From NCBI GenBank assembly GCA_973895155.1, contig OZ316896.1, forward strand, positions 12,380,549 to 12,444,548: a stretch of 64,000 bases of DNA, read 5' to 3'. Source of the stretch: Marsupella aquatica (taxonomy: Eukaryota > Plantae > Marchantiophyta). The position numbers and the translations under genes were made by a program. The notes under the pieces are model-generated. The model was not told where the DNA came from. It ran no database searches and saw only the letters and a program-made list of their open reading frames with translations. Shown here piece after piece: positions 38,226 through 52,049 of the stretch; within the stretch, counting starts at the first letter, position 1; each line of letters starts with the position of its first letter.

Positions 38226-40157
38226 CCCTGGTTTCACAAGAAGCACAATAATAACATATACTAATAACATACACTGTGTGTTGTGACCCCACTCATTTTT
38301 CAGTACCAGGAAAAATATTTCCCTTGTGGTACCATGTTGTCGGTGCTCCCGAGTGCCTCACTGGCCTCCCTGAGGCGCCAATTTTTTTATATATATGAGA
38401 CACCCCACCAGAAGGATGGAAACGCTGCATGAGGGAGAATTGTCGTTTATTCGTAGTACCATGTGGCGGAGATGAACGGCTGGATGGAACGGAACGCTTA
38501 TTCTGACTTGACGGCCAATCAGCGAAGCGCACCACGTAAGAGGACGTCTTTCTTCCATTCCTTTCCTTTCCTTTCATTCCTTCCTGCCTTTCCTCCGTTT
38601 TCCTCCTCGCCGTCTTTCTTTCTTTCGTTCTTTTCGCATCTTCGTCTCGACGTTGTGGGCGATGCGGGCCAGGTGGGCCTCATCGCACAGAAAAGCGAGC
38701 GCAATGCATTCTGGTCTTTCGATTTCTGTTCTATTAATCTGAGTCTCTCCATCATTATTGGGAGGTACAGTAGCTCGCCCCCTCGGTTGCGCTGTGCTGT
38801 GTACATTTTTCAGTCATAGAGCAGAGCTTGAGCGCGTCGGTGTTCAGCCTGCTTCTCTCATTCTAAGTGCCCACAGCCCGTTCATCGTCGTCATTAATCC
38901 CGGCGCACGAATACACGCACGCACGCACGCTCCTCTGCTGCCTGCTGCCTGGTGAGTGCTTGAGTGGAGTGAGTGGAGGCCGACAGACGGATGAATGAAT
39001 TCTCAACGACGAGTGCGTCGTGAGTTCCTGTCATGATGTCTGCTGTCTGATGAGTGAACCACTGCTGTCGCAGATACGATCGCCGATTGGGAAGATGGCT
39101 TGGAATCCGGGGAAGGGGATGAGAAATAATTAATCGATGCATTATGTGCTGGAATCTCGCTCTTATTGAGAAGTGTAATTTTTTCGAGGTGCCTGCCATG
39201 GTTTTTAGGTGAAGGATGAGCTTCTGTTCGGGTGCATGATTTGCGTTTATGCACATCATCTGTTTCTGAAGGGGTCGGGAATCCGTTACATTTGTCTGGC
39301 AATATTATGTATTTGACAAAAATCTGTTGGTAGTTGGATCTTTGGTTGTGATTTTTCGAATTTGGGGAGGTATGGCGATGTCTGCTTGTTAGAGAGAATT
39401 TTCACATTTTGTACTTCGATTGTGGTCAATGTAGGAAGATAATGCAGTTTTCCTTCGGTTCGTCGCACTGAATCGCCGTTTAACGAGTGTTCGGCCAGAT
39501 CTTTCGAACTTGTGAGGTGTTGAGAGACTTTTCATGGGACGAGCTGCTGTGGTTTACGAGACGGTCTAGTCAGCGAGGGGCTTGCGAATATGGCATTCGC
39601 TCGCGAAGCAAGGAGAGCAAGCTAGACTGTTGTGAAGTGTGAAGTTTTCACGAGGCTTGTCGTGGGACTGGAAAAGAAGCATAAGTAGAAACAAAAGCCG
39701 CCGGCCATTTGCCATCGAACCAGCGAGCTCTGAAAGTTTGAGACGTGGAGGAACTCGATCGTGCTGACTTTTCTTCAAGAAGCTTTTCTGGCAAACCACT
39801 CCAGTGAAGGGAAACAGGTGGTGGATAATTCGGTCAGAGGGAGGAGGAGACGGAGCCGAATATATGATCGGAATCAGAGACGATTTCGACAAGAATTTCG
39901 AGGAGTATCTGTTTCAAGAACAGCACAAAACGGGGGCAGGAGTTTGTGCTGGATCTGTTGGATCTCATGGCTACTGCTGGAAACAAAGGAAAGAGTCGAA
40001 TCTGAGAGTGACGGACTGTAGGATGAATGAATGAAAAGGTCGTGGTTTAGTTGTTTCGTTGCCGAAGAGGACTTTTCGGCAAATTATTCTTGTACTTCTG
40101 CATAGGTCACGAAGGGGGATACAGGTAGAGCACGACGTTGGGGTAAAGCACGATAGA

Positions 40158-43100
40158 ATGACAGTAAGCACGGTGGCCTCGTCATTTGGAGCCGGTTCCG
40201 GTGGCAATGGCAGCTCACAGGCCGGCCCGAAATTCTCATGGCTGCTACTGAAGAAAATGTGGCGCGTTGGCATAATATACTTTAAAGGCGACAGGAGGAA
40301 AAAAGCTTGCACATTGCTGGCCCTAGTGCTCTCTCTTTGTGCGATTTGTGCCGGTACACATTATGCCGACACCTTCTTCTCTTTACTTGGATTGAATCAT
40401 GATCTAGTCGTCCTTGGATTGGTTTTTGCAACTTGAAAAGGTCTCTCAGCTGCAAATTTCTTTCTCCTTCTCTGATTTTCTCCAATTTAATTCTGCATTT
40501 ATGCACAAAGATAGGTCATTACTTCGCAAAGTTGGGACTACCGTCATGCGGGAGAAGGAATCCAGTAGCTCTTAATCTGCTGATGTGAGTTTCGTATCTT
40601 TGGTGACGTGGTTTGGGCGAGGAATTGTGAAATTCGCTTTTCCATAATGGACGAAGTGAGAAAGCAAAACTTAATTAAAATATACTCGTTTCTTGTTAAG
40701 CGTCCTCCAAAAGAGATCCTGAACTTTGTAACATCTTCGGTCCTCTCCGAACTGTTCGTGAACTAGACTCTTTTCTGCGGGTTAAGGTGTTGGTCTGCTT
40801 TCGTACTCTGCTACTGCTGCAGGTATGTTTGTAGTGTTTTCATACATTCAGCGAGATTTCTCCACCGCAATCTCTCAGAAGGATGTGGAAGGGTTTCATG
40901 ATGCGATTTGGAGGTTTATTGGCATCGTTGTCATTGCGGCTCCTTTATTTGCCACGTACCACTATGTTCAGGTGCCTTGTCCTTGCCAGATCGTTTGCAT
41001 CTTTCAATTTGTGGTACGAGTTCATTATAGTGCATGCCTAGAGAAGCACAGACCGACTGTGGGTTTACGGTAGCAAAAGCAAATCCTACTCGTATACAAT
41101 TGGCTATTCTCTTGTACTTAATTTTCTCTAGCCTACTTAACGACGGTGGTTCGGATTTGAGAATATGGATTTTTTGGACATTGTCACCTGGTTTACTTAT
41201 CAAGTGAATGCCGCGGATTTGTGCAGGACCTTCTATCCCTCGAGTGGAGAATCTGGCTTTCGGAACTCCTTCTTTCCAACTATCTGTGTATGAACCTGCT
41301 GACATCTTGGACGAAGTTTTTATTTTCTTTAGAGAGCATATCTTATTCTGTTTTTAACTCAGACGTTTGGGTTATTCACACCCACAGAATCGAGCCGCGT
41401 AGTCATATTACGAGGAGATGGGAGCGTATTTGGTCAATGGATCCTGACTTCATTTCTTAGTTGATCATGACTAATGTGATGCGTTGTTTGGTGATTCTGG
41501 GCATGAAGCCGATAGGGCTTATTTTGATTTGAAGATGGCTGGCAAGCTTGATAACCCAGATCAACGCATCTGTGAAGATGTGGCTAGCTTTGTGAAGAAC
41601 AGCGTAGAGATGATAGCCCTCGTCGGCAGCAAGATTCTCAATATCTGTGCATTTACTGGTGTGCTCTGGTGGGTCTTGACCCCTCTAGTCCCGAGTGCGT
41701 AAGATGGTCGTTTAGTTTGCGAGTTCACTGTTTAGTGATATCGTTTGGGTTGTACTTTTGTCCGTTTTAAATGAATTAGAGCATGACTTTTTTGTTGTGA
41801 GGGATCCACGGAGGACACTGAAGTAGAGGTGACAGAAAGAAGGCAAAGTTTTACGGAAAACTTCGGTTTTCTCAAAGCACGGGATCTTATTGAAGAGCTG
41901 TGCGTGTTGCAGGTCCATAACCCCACGATTGGTCTACTTTCTCTTAGGATACTCATTGATCGGAACATATGTGACTGTGCGCCTTTTTGGCAAAAAGCTC
42001 ATGCAACTGCAATTTCAGGTCTGTTCCAACTTGGCAAGCCAAATCAGCATCCATGAATTCATGGATCTCTGGATATTCAATCAAGACCGTTACTAGTAAA
42101 GTTAGCATCATGAAAAAACCTAAAGAAATGAGAAAAAGCTTGTATGGTCACAACCAGCTACTGCCATCTGTCAAATGTTGCTGTAAATCGTGAATAGTAT
42201 TAAAGTGTAGTAAAGTGGACTTTGCATCACATGGGTTCCGGGTACATTATATACTGTATTTGGAATGTGAACAGAGCTTACAACGGGAGGCAGATTTCAG
42301 GTACTCATTAGTCAGACTTCGTGACAATGCGGAGTCTATTGCTTTCTACGGTGGGGAAGGCCATGAGTCTAAAAGTATAAAGGTCAGTTGGTACTAAATT
42401 AGTCAGATATTTCAATGCGCTTTTGTGGCTCTCATTACCTGGATATTTCACGAATTGGGCCATGAGCCACTCAGGACCGTGCAAGTCGTGAGTTTTTAAT
42501 GTACCGGATTTCAATGTATTAGTGGCATGCCTAGCAGTCTTCGTACTTCTTATGTGTTGTCCACTGTCAATTTCTGGCTGCAGGGGTTTTTCTCGGCCTT
42601 GGTTGCAAATACACGAGATATGATCTTGTGGCGTCGCCACCTGGCACTATTTAGCAATGCTTATGAATTCTCAATGCTGGTGGTCCCCTCTATTGTTATT
42701 GCTCCACGATACTTCGCAGGAGAGGCAAGTCTCGCAACACATCAATTTCTGACTTTGTCTAAGTTATGAGTAAGTTTGACATATACCATTTTAATCTTAC
42801 GTCTCCACGCATGGCTTGGAGATCCTCAGGCTCCCACAATCTAGCTGTGGGACCAAAATGGTAAGTTGTGGCAAAAACACTAGATCCTAAGCAGGAGAGC
42901 CAGGCAATACGCCCTCAACAAGCCCAGTTAGGCTCCTTGTGCAAGTCTGGATGTTTATTAACTGTTTCGTCAACCTCCAAAGAACACAGATTGACTGACG
43001 GGTAAATTTACCGAGTTGAGCTAACGACGATGAGTCTGGCTTGATGCTATCTGTGGAGATAAACTAGTATTGATAGATTTTCTACAAGTCATGATGGTCG

Positions 43101-45286
43101 AGTCAGGGATTTTTGCGATGATATTTTTTAATTTAGACCGCATGTGTAAATAACCCCTTTTCGAATTTAGACCGCATGTGTAAAAAGAACCCCTTTTCCT
43201 TCCACTCCTTGTGTGCTGAAAGATGCATTTTCAGTTACATTTACTGGCTGTTATTTTCATGAACTTGGAAGTTATATGCGTCAAGATCGACCAGAAATTC
43301 TAAGGTCTTCTCTGATTCGACTTGACAACTCTGCAGGTTGAATTTGGTGTAATTGCTCAGACAGGGTTCGCCTTCAACCGTATATTATCTGCATTATCTC
43401 TCATAGTCATGAAATTCGATGGCTTCAGGTGCCCCATTATGAATTATACTCTTGAAAACCTTTTGGGCTGTTGATGATATTCAGTAGTCTGCTTTTTATG
43501 CTCCTCAAGAAGTAGTAGTTTCGTTGGTTATTTGCATAATTCCTGTCGATCAGAGGCACGTTTTGGAAGCAGGATGATGTTGCCGGAGTCTAATCTTGTA
43601 AGGAAGTTCACGGATTTGCGAAACTATCGATTCCATTTCTCGACAAATAAGCTACGATAGGAAAGTTGGTCTCCTTCGATGTTAATGCAGAATTTCGAAA
43701 TCTGAGACTATACCAAAGTTCTGATAAAATGATCACCTGTCATAGCAATTCGTTGTTGCCTTCATGATGCAAATGGGTGTGGGACTGTGGCAGTGGACTG
43801 GCAGCTCAAACCGAGCGTCTGGACAGTCTTTTGGGAAACCTTGGGAAACATACTGGTGATAAGCGTCTTCTATATCCGTCGTCCAGACAAAGTTCGCTTG
43901 CCAGGACTGCACTAGAAGTTGATGAAGGTGCTGAAGGGAACCCGCTGTTGGATGTGTCTGATGGAGCTGGCTATACTGGTAAGACATCCTGGTCTCACCC
44001 CTTCGAGTCTATAGATATATCTTTTACTTGCCATTAGTTTGTACACATAGCAACAAATGACAGGAAGACTGTTTTCTCACATACGGAGAGATATGGAAGC
44101 CTCTCTGGAATTGATCCTGAATCTTACAATTCAATGTCTGTCAAGACTGGCTGTCTAAATTTCTTTATGAGATTTGACCTTGTCAACATTCCCGACAACA
44201 AACCTGATTTGGCATCATGGGTCCACATTGGGCAGGATACACAATGAACGAATGGTGCATTCACCAAAGTAGCTCCTGATCTACTATTATTGCATTCTCT
44301 CAGATGTCAAGGAGTACACATAGTTCAAATCTTCTTCGCTGCTAGGCTTTTTTTTCACGGCTTCTGCGCTCTTGTGTTTGACATAGACTCTTAGAGACTG
44401 AACAAAGGAAAGGAGAGAGATGTTTCGTCAAGGCCACTGTACCCATGAAAGAGATCCTGTGCACTCTGCGCCGTCCGAAGTAGCGTCGAAGTAGCGTCGA
44501 AGTAGCGTCGAAGTAGATGAAGGTCATGTCCTCTTCACTTCATGGAAGCACTTAGCTTAAATGTTTTCTGAATTTGTACCGTCATGCACAGGTAACTTTT
44601 TGCGGGAAGTGGGTCCTGGACTGGTTTTAAAAGATTTGTCAGTTGCAACACCCGATATGAGGAACTTGCTCATCCAAGACCTCAATGTTGTTCTTGCCCC
44701 AGGAGAGTCTCTTCTTGTGATGGGACCCTCGGGCTGTGGAAAATCGTCCCTACTACGAGCAATAGCTGGCCTTTGGAACAGAGGCAGTGGTCTACTCCAT
44801 GCACCTAGTCTTTTGGAAAGCTTCTTCCTCCCGCAAAAGCCATACATGCCACTAGGAACTCTCCGTGAGCAAATCCTTTTCCCGGGCACTAAGGGAGGCC
44901 ATATCACAGATGCAGAGATTTTGAACGTATTGGAGTCCGTTTCTCTCGGTGGACTTTCCGCCAGAGTCGGGGGCTTGGATGCATTTTGTGATTGGGGAAG
45001 TATGCTGAGCGCGGGAGAACAGCAACGGTTGGCGTTTGGAAGGGTTTTCTTACATCAGCCTGAGAAGGTGTATTTGGATGAGGCAACTAGTGCTCTGGAT
45101 GTAGCTAATGAAACCCTCTTGTACTCACTTTTAAAAGATACGATCCCCTCTTATGTTTCAGTTGGACATCGACCATCACTTGTGAAGTATCACACACATG
45201 TCTTGGAGTTTACTGATGAGCGAGGATGGCGATTTTACAGCCGAAAGGAGTTCGAATACACGCGATCCCCTTCTCCTCAAAACTAG
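40158..45286 (+). CDS. ABC transporter subfamily D half-transporter (TMD-NBD; ABCD2/YddA-like), 10 coding exons
   Basis: Exons 40158-40353, 40823-40971, 41227-41287, 41509-41668, 41913-42018, 42275-42382, 42584-42724, 43337-43428, 43794-43978, 44592-45286. Motifs DNPDQRICEDV, READFRYSLVRLRDNAESIAFYGGE (EAA), Walker A GPSGCGKSS, LPQKPYMPLGTLREQI, signature LSAGEQQRLAF, YLDEATSALD, SVGHR. The start codon is uncertain. Confidence 0.93.
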
Positions 45287-47532
45287 TTTGGTAGACTTTC
45301 TAACTTAGCTGATCTGTAGTGTTAGAACATCGAATTACAACCCACTTAGGTGGAGTCTTTTCATTTAATTGAGTACCAAATCGATTCCAACGAGGTGTCC
45401 AAATAACCGTGGAACACCAGTGCTGTGAACGGTCTACCTGTCTCAACTTCTGAAGCTGCGTGAATGTTCTCATTAATGTAGCTTTGGTTGCAGCAAAGCG
45501 AATTAGTTTGCTGCCGTGTTTTGGAATCTCTATTCCTGAACACCACATTAATAAGCAATGGAAGAAAATTATGATTGGAAGTTGACAAAGGTTCTTTTGT
45601 GTATGTTTTGGTTTCTGTGCTGATGATGAATCGGACCCATGACCTCTGCCACTTCTTCATCCCACTTGCCACCTTCCCCAAACGAGTACCAGAACTTGCA
45701 TGCTGGCAGGAATCAGTTTCTTCAATTCCTGAGGACTCGAATCAGGAGCTCTCCCCTGTTGCTGATGGACAGCTGCAGTGGTGCTTCTCTGTTTTGAGAG
45801 AACACTTTCACATTAGAATTGTTTACACCCTTGAACAAAAAGATCCTTGTTGTTCTGTCACAACTTTCTGAATCTTGACACTGAAACAACCATGGTCAGA
45901 GTCCATTTTCGGAGGAAAATTAGACAATATTATGACCGACGCAGAATTTCAGTACGACGGGCTTTGACTTCAAGACAAGGCCCAGCTCGATATACGGGAT
46001 GGAAAGAACAATAGACAGATCAGTCCAAAGCCCGAATTCATAAACTATTGCACTTACATCACACTCAGCACAAAGAATACTGTGATGGACAGCATAAAGT
46101 TTTTGTCAAACCGAAGACTGATCCACAGTGGGCCAGCACGAGGACTGGCTGGCGTGCAAGATTCTCTCCCACAAGGTATCTCACTCGAGGACACCGTCCT
46201 ACCTCTAATCTTAGCTTCCCAAAGCAATGGCTCCTCCATTCCATTGCTTTCTAGAGTTTGATTCGAGCGAAGGATCTGGCTATTTCATCCCATGAAGAAA
46301 TGGTTCCCCTAGAATAAGTTTTTTCATTCCTATGCTTCCGAGTGCTGCATTCTTTAAAAGTAGCACCACATGACCAGGGACGGGATATCTAAAAGATAAC
46401 AGAGTATAACATCGAAGTACAGTAGTGGGCCAGCTCAAAAACCACAACAAAAAACATCGCGATACCCGTAGGTCTAGGCTCAAGGTAGTACCTTCCGTGA
46501 GATTTGAGACCCGGAAACAGTACTTGACCGACAACCAGAATTGAAGCGAGTTCTTCGACTGAAACACCTAATGTAGAATTTAAACCAAAAGACGTTCAAA
46601 GAAAAGTAAGATACTTCATACATTTACACGAAGACATGCGAATGTAGTATGACTGAAAAAGAGACTTTAGAACAATTAAGTGATCGTTGGCGAAATCATG
46701 ATATGAGTCTCGAAAACGTTCAATGTTGTATTACACAAGTGGAAGATTTACACAGCTGCTTGATTCTCATACCATACAAAAGTCCCAAGGCCTCCTACCA
46801 GATCGGCGAGAAAGCAAACCCCTTCGCACTTATTTAGATTACAAACTGCACAATGTAAAGCACTAAGCTTTCATCAAAACTTTTTGTCAACTAATCTGAT
46901 GCTGCTACAGATCACCTCTACAATACTTGGGACACCAGCAGCTCTTGCCCGCAAGCATTAACCACACAGCCAGGCTCTGCTGCTTGGAAGAGCCTCCGTG
47001 GTAAAAGTTGATAGGTTTTCCCCATAAGTACACCAGTCGACCATATCACTTCACGGTATCAATGGAGTCATGTCAAATCAATCGGCCTTGAGACGGGATT
47101 GAGGTGCATTCGGGGTGCCCATCTGCATTATGATTGCAAAATCACGGTATATGATTTATAAAATACTGAACACCATTCAAAACACTTGACTACTACCATA
47201 TTCCTCAAGACACTACTTCTTTGGTTTCTGGTCAGAATTCAACGCAACATCGCACAATGAACACTCATAACAAAGATTTCCTTGTAATCTCTAGAACTTA
47301 ATTCTATCGCTAGTGCAGCGTATTTGTGGAGATCATGCCTTTCAACAGGTCAAGATCATTCTGGGCAACTCTATTCAATCTGAAAGTTCTAAGGAAATAG
47401 ACCTTACCGTCATATCAACAATACCACTTACATATATCATATCACCACCCACTCATCCGGATATGAAATCCCACATAACAGAAAATCAGATATGCGTCAG
47501 ACTTCCATCACTATGATTTTGCCTTTAGCTCC

Positions 47533-48772
47533 TTACCAGGCAAGGTACTTTTCAACTGTTGCAGTCAAAGTAGACATGGGGACTGCCCCGATCACCGTAT
47601 CCTTCTTCTCGCCTCCCTTAAAGATCATCACAGTGGGAATACTTCGTATGCCATACTCAGTGGCGGTACCAGGACTCTCATCGGTGTTCAATTTCAAACA
47701 CCTAAGCTTGCCTGCGTACTTCTTCGCAAGTTCATCAATTATGGGAGCAATCATTCGGCATGGACCGCACCATGGAGCCCAGAAGTCCACAAGCACAGGA
47801 ATATTGCTAGCCAACACCAGCTTCTGGAAGTCTTCATCAGAAACTACTCCCGTTATACCAGGTTCCACCCGCGCTGCTGCATCAACACAGGTTAAGACAA
47901 TTCTCAGCATAGGACCACAAAGCGAGTGGACTGATATTGAAAATCTCTCAGAACGTTCTGACCGATCGTAAGAGATAAAGAAGAAAATTCCATCCTGCTT
48001 TTCTTTTGTTTCTCTTAATGCATCGGTTTGGGGCCATATATCGCAGGATGTATTAGGAATTCAGACACTACCCCACTGTCTCAACCAATCAACTGCTTTA
48101 AAGTCCTAGACGGCATAATTACACTCTGCTACAAGCAACACAATTAAAGATGGCAACCTAGAAGGTCTGACTATACGCTGGCAGCGGACAGAATGCCCCC
48201 ATCACCTAGTCAGGTAGAAAAGCAACTCGACAAGAAGTCTGCGACAATATTGGTCTTATCTCTAGCTCTGCCAAGCTGTAGGAATAGCCGGGAGTAAACT
48301 TGATGAACACATCACAAGCACTACCAACAATCTACCAACCTTTCCAAAATTCCACTACAGTTCAATTGCCAATCTACAACGCCCAGCTCCTGACAACGGA
48401 CAATGAGCATGCGGAGGAGCCAGTCCATCACTGGCAGATGACATTCGCAGACTAGATCCTAAAAACTGGCCACGGATACTACAATCACAAGGGAAGACAA
48501 AGTGGAAGAATTGGAAACGCACTGACTCCGCCCACCGCTGTCTCAGACGCTTCACAGACTACTCCCTTTCGCTGCTGAGACACCCGAACCTCGGCAGCAG
48601 GGACACGTCCGAAGCTCAACTTCAAACCCCTGCTTGTTGGTAGAACAACCCTACTAGACGATATCGACCCATTACTCATTAATCTCGCAGGCGAGCTGCT
48701 GCACACAGCTCCTCCTTGCGACGGCCTGCTCGTAACAAAACTGCCCGTGCTACATGATGTCATCGCTGCCAT
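47533..48772 (-). CDS. TRXm: Thioredoxin m, chloroplastic, 2 exons
   Basis: Exons 48772-48523 (Ser/Arg-rich transit peptide ending VVCEASE) and 47876(or 47873)-47533. [19 protein letters not shown]...KLNTDESP...YGIRSIPT...IGAVP is the m-type signature. Confidence 0.93.
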
Positions 48773-49036
48773 GGCAACCTCTCTCTATCTCACTCTAAGC
48801 GAATCTGCCTTGCACCACTCAGTCCTCCTCCGCCAATTCCCTAACGATCCCAGCAACACAATTGTTGCTCGTCCAAGAATTGAAGTCCCTGCCTCGATTC
48901 CTATCTTCAAACCGTCCCTCTTGAAACTATTCCGTCTCTAGACGAAGAAATGATCTCCGGTGAAGTGAGGTGGATTAAATACCACAAGCCCAGAGGAGAC
49001 GAGACGAGACGAGATGTGATCAGATGCTCCCCTCGT

Positions 49037-49088
49037 GGGGAGGGGAGGGGAGGGGAGGGGAGGGGAGGGGAGGGGAGGGGTGGGGAGG
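49037..49088. repeat. (GGGGA)n microsatellite, about 9 units
   Basis: ggggaggggagggg... read directly, upstream of TRXm. Confidence 0.9.
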
Positions 49089-50349
49089 CAGCAGGCAACG
49101 AGCAGTCGCAGCAGAAGTTGCAACAACTTTACTGTGCGCTTGACTGGCACGGTGATTCCACTTCGCGCCCAACCCCCAGCTACAGGCAGGAGAGCAGGAG
49201 AGCAGGAGAAGGTAAGGAAGCTTCACCGGCTATGGCGTTCTCGCAGAACTCCTCTATCTCTCGCTCTTTCCTTCCACAACCAAATCCCCTCACTCACTCA
49301 CTCACTCACTGAGCTCAGCAGCCTCAGCTCATCAGCTCCGACGGATCAGTCCCTGGGTGACAGCAACATCCAATTACAGTCCTCGAATCTGGGAATCGTT
49401 GGAACTTTGGAAGCCCATCCAGCGCTTTCCCCTTCTGCCCACAAGATCATCCGGCAATGGAGTCCAGTCTACAGTTGTTCGTTAAGTACTGTAGTACTAG
49501 GAATCGACTGCGTTCTACTGTGTATCGCGCGCGCCTGGACCAGATGCATGATGACACTCAGCCTCAGTATATCTATCTCAACAATATAATAAGCAATTTC
49601 ACTCTCTTTTTTTTTCCCCTCGACATAACCAAATGAATTCCATTCAAATAGCCAGCATATCCAGAAAACGGGGAGCCCCATTCAGGGGCATCCCCCCAAA
49701 GAACCTAAGGTAGTGGTGTGAAGACAAAACGGGTGGAGCCGGTGCCAGGGAAGAAGCTATCTCACTCTTCTGTTGTAATGGTCTCTTTGCCAAATGTCGC
49801 CTGGACAGATGCATAATGACACTCAGCCTAAGTATATCTATCTAAGTAATCTAAACATTGCCATCTCACTCTTTCTCCTTTCTCATGGTCTCTTTGCCAA
49901 ATTTCAGTCTGGTACCAAGCCTCCTTGCCTGTTGGATCCTTGACAAATGTCATTCTGACTCCCTGGGCGCTGGATTAAAAGGGATATTTTCTCCCTGAGC
50001 ATGAGAGGGGCCTATAGGTGATTGTGGTCACAGTTTCTCCTCACCCATGAGATGGGCCTAAAGGTGTCATTGTGGCACCCCTTGGTTCTCCCCATAGCTT
50101 ACATAGTCCATGAAATCTAGTAGCCAAGTTGACTTGTAACTTCCCTCTCACTTATGCTCAGCAACATTTTTGCTTGACATCAGTGTGCAATCCGTGGGCA
50201 CAATGAGGGAAGTTGCAAGTGGGATATCGATCATCAATGTCAACTTGCAACATGATTTATGATCCTCGTTATGATCCATATCCCACTTCCTCAAACGGGG
50301 GAAAACAAGGGGGAGACACAAGAACACAAAAGAGCCAAACCACTGAGCT

Positions 50350-50800
50350 TGAGTTTTTTGGTTATTGAAAAAGCAAACTGAAAAGCATGGGAAAGCTCCA
50401 TGGTAAACTGCATAGAAGGGTGAGAAAGAGGAGTTTGACTAGAGACAAAGAATAGTGAATGCATGAGCCCTCTATAATTCTTTGTATAACCATGTGTTTT
50501 CTAACTAAGAAAGAAGTGAGGATAGAAACTGGGGGATAAGGCCTCTGCTCCACACAAAAGATTCCACATGCCCTCAGAAAACAGTCAAAATAAGGTGTAG
50601 AGCCCCAAAGACCTCCAAAGCAAGCACATAGAACAGGTCCCTAGAGTATTGAATAGCATACGCCTTCTCCTTGAGCTGGGCTGTTTTGGCTGCAACAAGG
50701 CTCTCTACATGGGCAGAAACCACAACAATTTTCCCGTCAGTAGGATCTGGAACGATCACATCCCCATAAGTGCAAACCCAGGGTCATTGCAAGCCTACCA
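50350..50800 (-). mobile_element. 3' fragment of an RLE-endonuclease (CRE/R2-group-like) non-LTR retrotransposon
   Basis: Minus-strand DVIVPDPT...AAKTAQLKEKAYA...LFYVLALEVFGALH followed by PVSILTSFL resembles the C-terminal restriction-like endonuclease region (D..K..K.Y...PLAxExFG). A-rich 3' end near 50354. Confidence 0.65.
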
Positions 50801-52049
50801 TTCTTCTTTGTCTTTCCTATGGTTTTTGTACTTTTTTTCACCTTTTCAACAGCACCAAGATGATTGTTGATTATGATAGCATCCAATTACCAGTAGGAGA
50901 TAGTAAATAAATATGTTTGCATTTCATAGCAATGTGCTCTACGGCGCCGGTTGTTGTGAGCCGTACTACAATGCAGCTTATGTGGGCTGTGTAAAAGTGA
51001 ACACTTGATTGCATCAGTTATTACAGTAATGTCAAAATGTTTGGCTCAACAAACAAAGTTAGCAGACATTTTCCCCAGGTCCACCAAGTGCCATGCAATC
51101 AAGTGTATGGCTGCCACTCCTCTACTATACTTGCTATTATAGCCAAAAGCAATCAGTCATTGGGAAGATACCGTCCAGAATGATGTAATCTAGTTAGGCA
51201 GAATGAGGAAAGGTTTGTCCGGTTATTCTTGCAAGGCAGCAAGAATACCCAAGACTCAAAATTGCGACAACCAGTCAGATTCACATGGTCATATTTTCAA
51301 ATGTTTGTTGTCTTCCATGTCATTCTTCTCCACATGCATTGTTCTTCTTTCTATTGTATTATTGCCAACTAGCCCAATGCCTGTGTGTGGCTCAATTGTT
51401 GTTACAGAAGTTGTTGTTGTGGCCTAATTGTCATTGCAGAACTGTTGTAATTTTGATCAAGTTGTCATTGCAAAAGTACTGTCATTTTGGGCAAATTTTT
51501 GTTGTGAAAATGTTGTGGTTTGAGCTAGGTTGTCCATGTGGAATTGTTAGTGTTGCGGAAAGGTTGTTACAGCCAAAGGGAGGCTAATGAACATGTGGAG
51601 CAGGTTGGGCGAGGGTGTTTGTGGAAAAAAAATTATGACCTCCCGGCTCCCCTTGAAAACAAATCAGAGAGCTCCCATGTCTTTTTGTTGTCTAAATTGC
51701 CCCTCTTTTCATTTATCTCCCCTTTCCCCATTCCCCCTCTCTTTGTTTCTTTTCCCTTTTCCCCCAACTTTCCCTTTCTCCCTTCAGAGTTTCCCCCTCC
51801 CCCATTTTCCTCTATCCCATGTCCTTCCCTTCTGTGTCATCCCCCCCCCCCCCCCATGCAGTGAGCGCATGCAGACCTGATCTACATTTGAGTCGTAGAT
51901 GGCCCCATAAGGTAAACTAAGGAGATGACACTGTATAGTCAACCCGATGGTAAAACTAATGAGATGATACTAATACTAAAAAAATCCAGAAAATTGGATA
52001 TGCTCTCTCTTATACACAATTTTCTGTATGCAAAATTAGAACTACAGGT

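Noticed and set aside
47492-47971. 159-aa plus-strand ORF, and similar ORFs at 33441-33914 and 61487-61999
   Set aside because: They are antisense shadows of the TRXm, KAS and AIPP1-like exons.
29314-48772. KAS + ABCD + TRXm as a lipid biosynthetic gene cluster
   Set aside because: There are no tailoring enzymes and no evidence of co-regulation. Adjacency among mixed housekeeping genes is plausibly chance.
48907-49589. Pro/Ser- or Gly/Arg-repeat ORFs
   Set aside because: They derive from the (GGGGA)n microsatellite.
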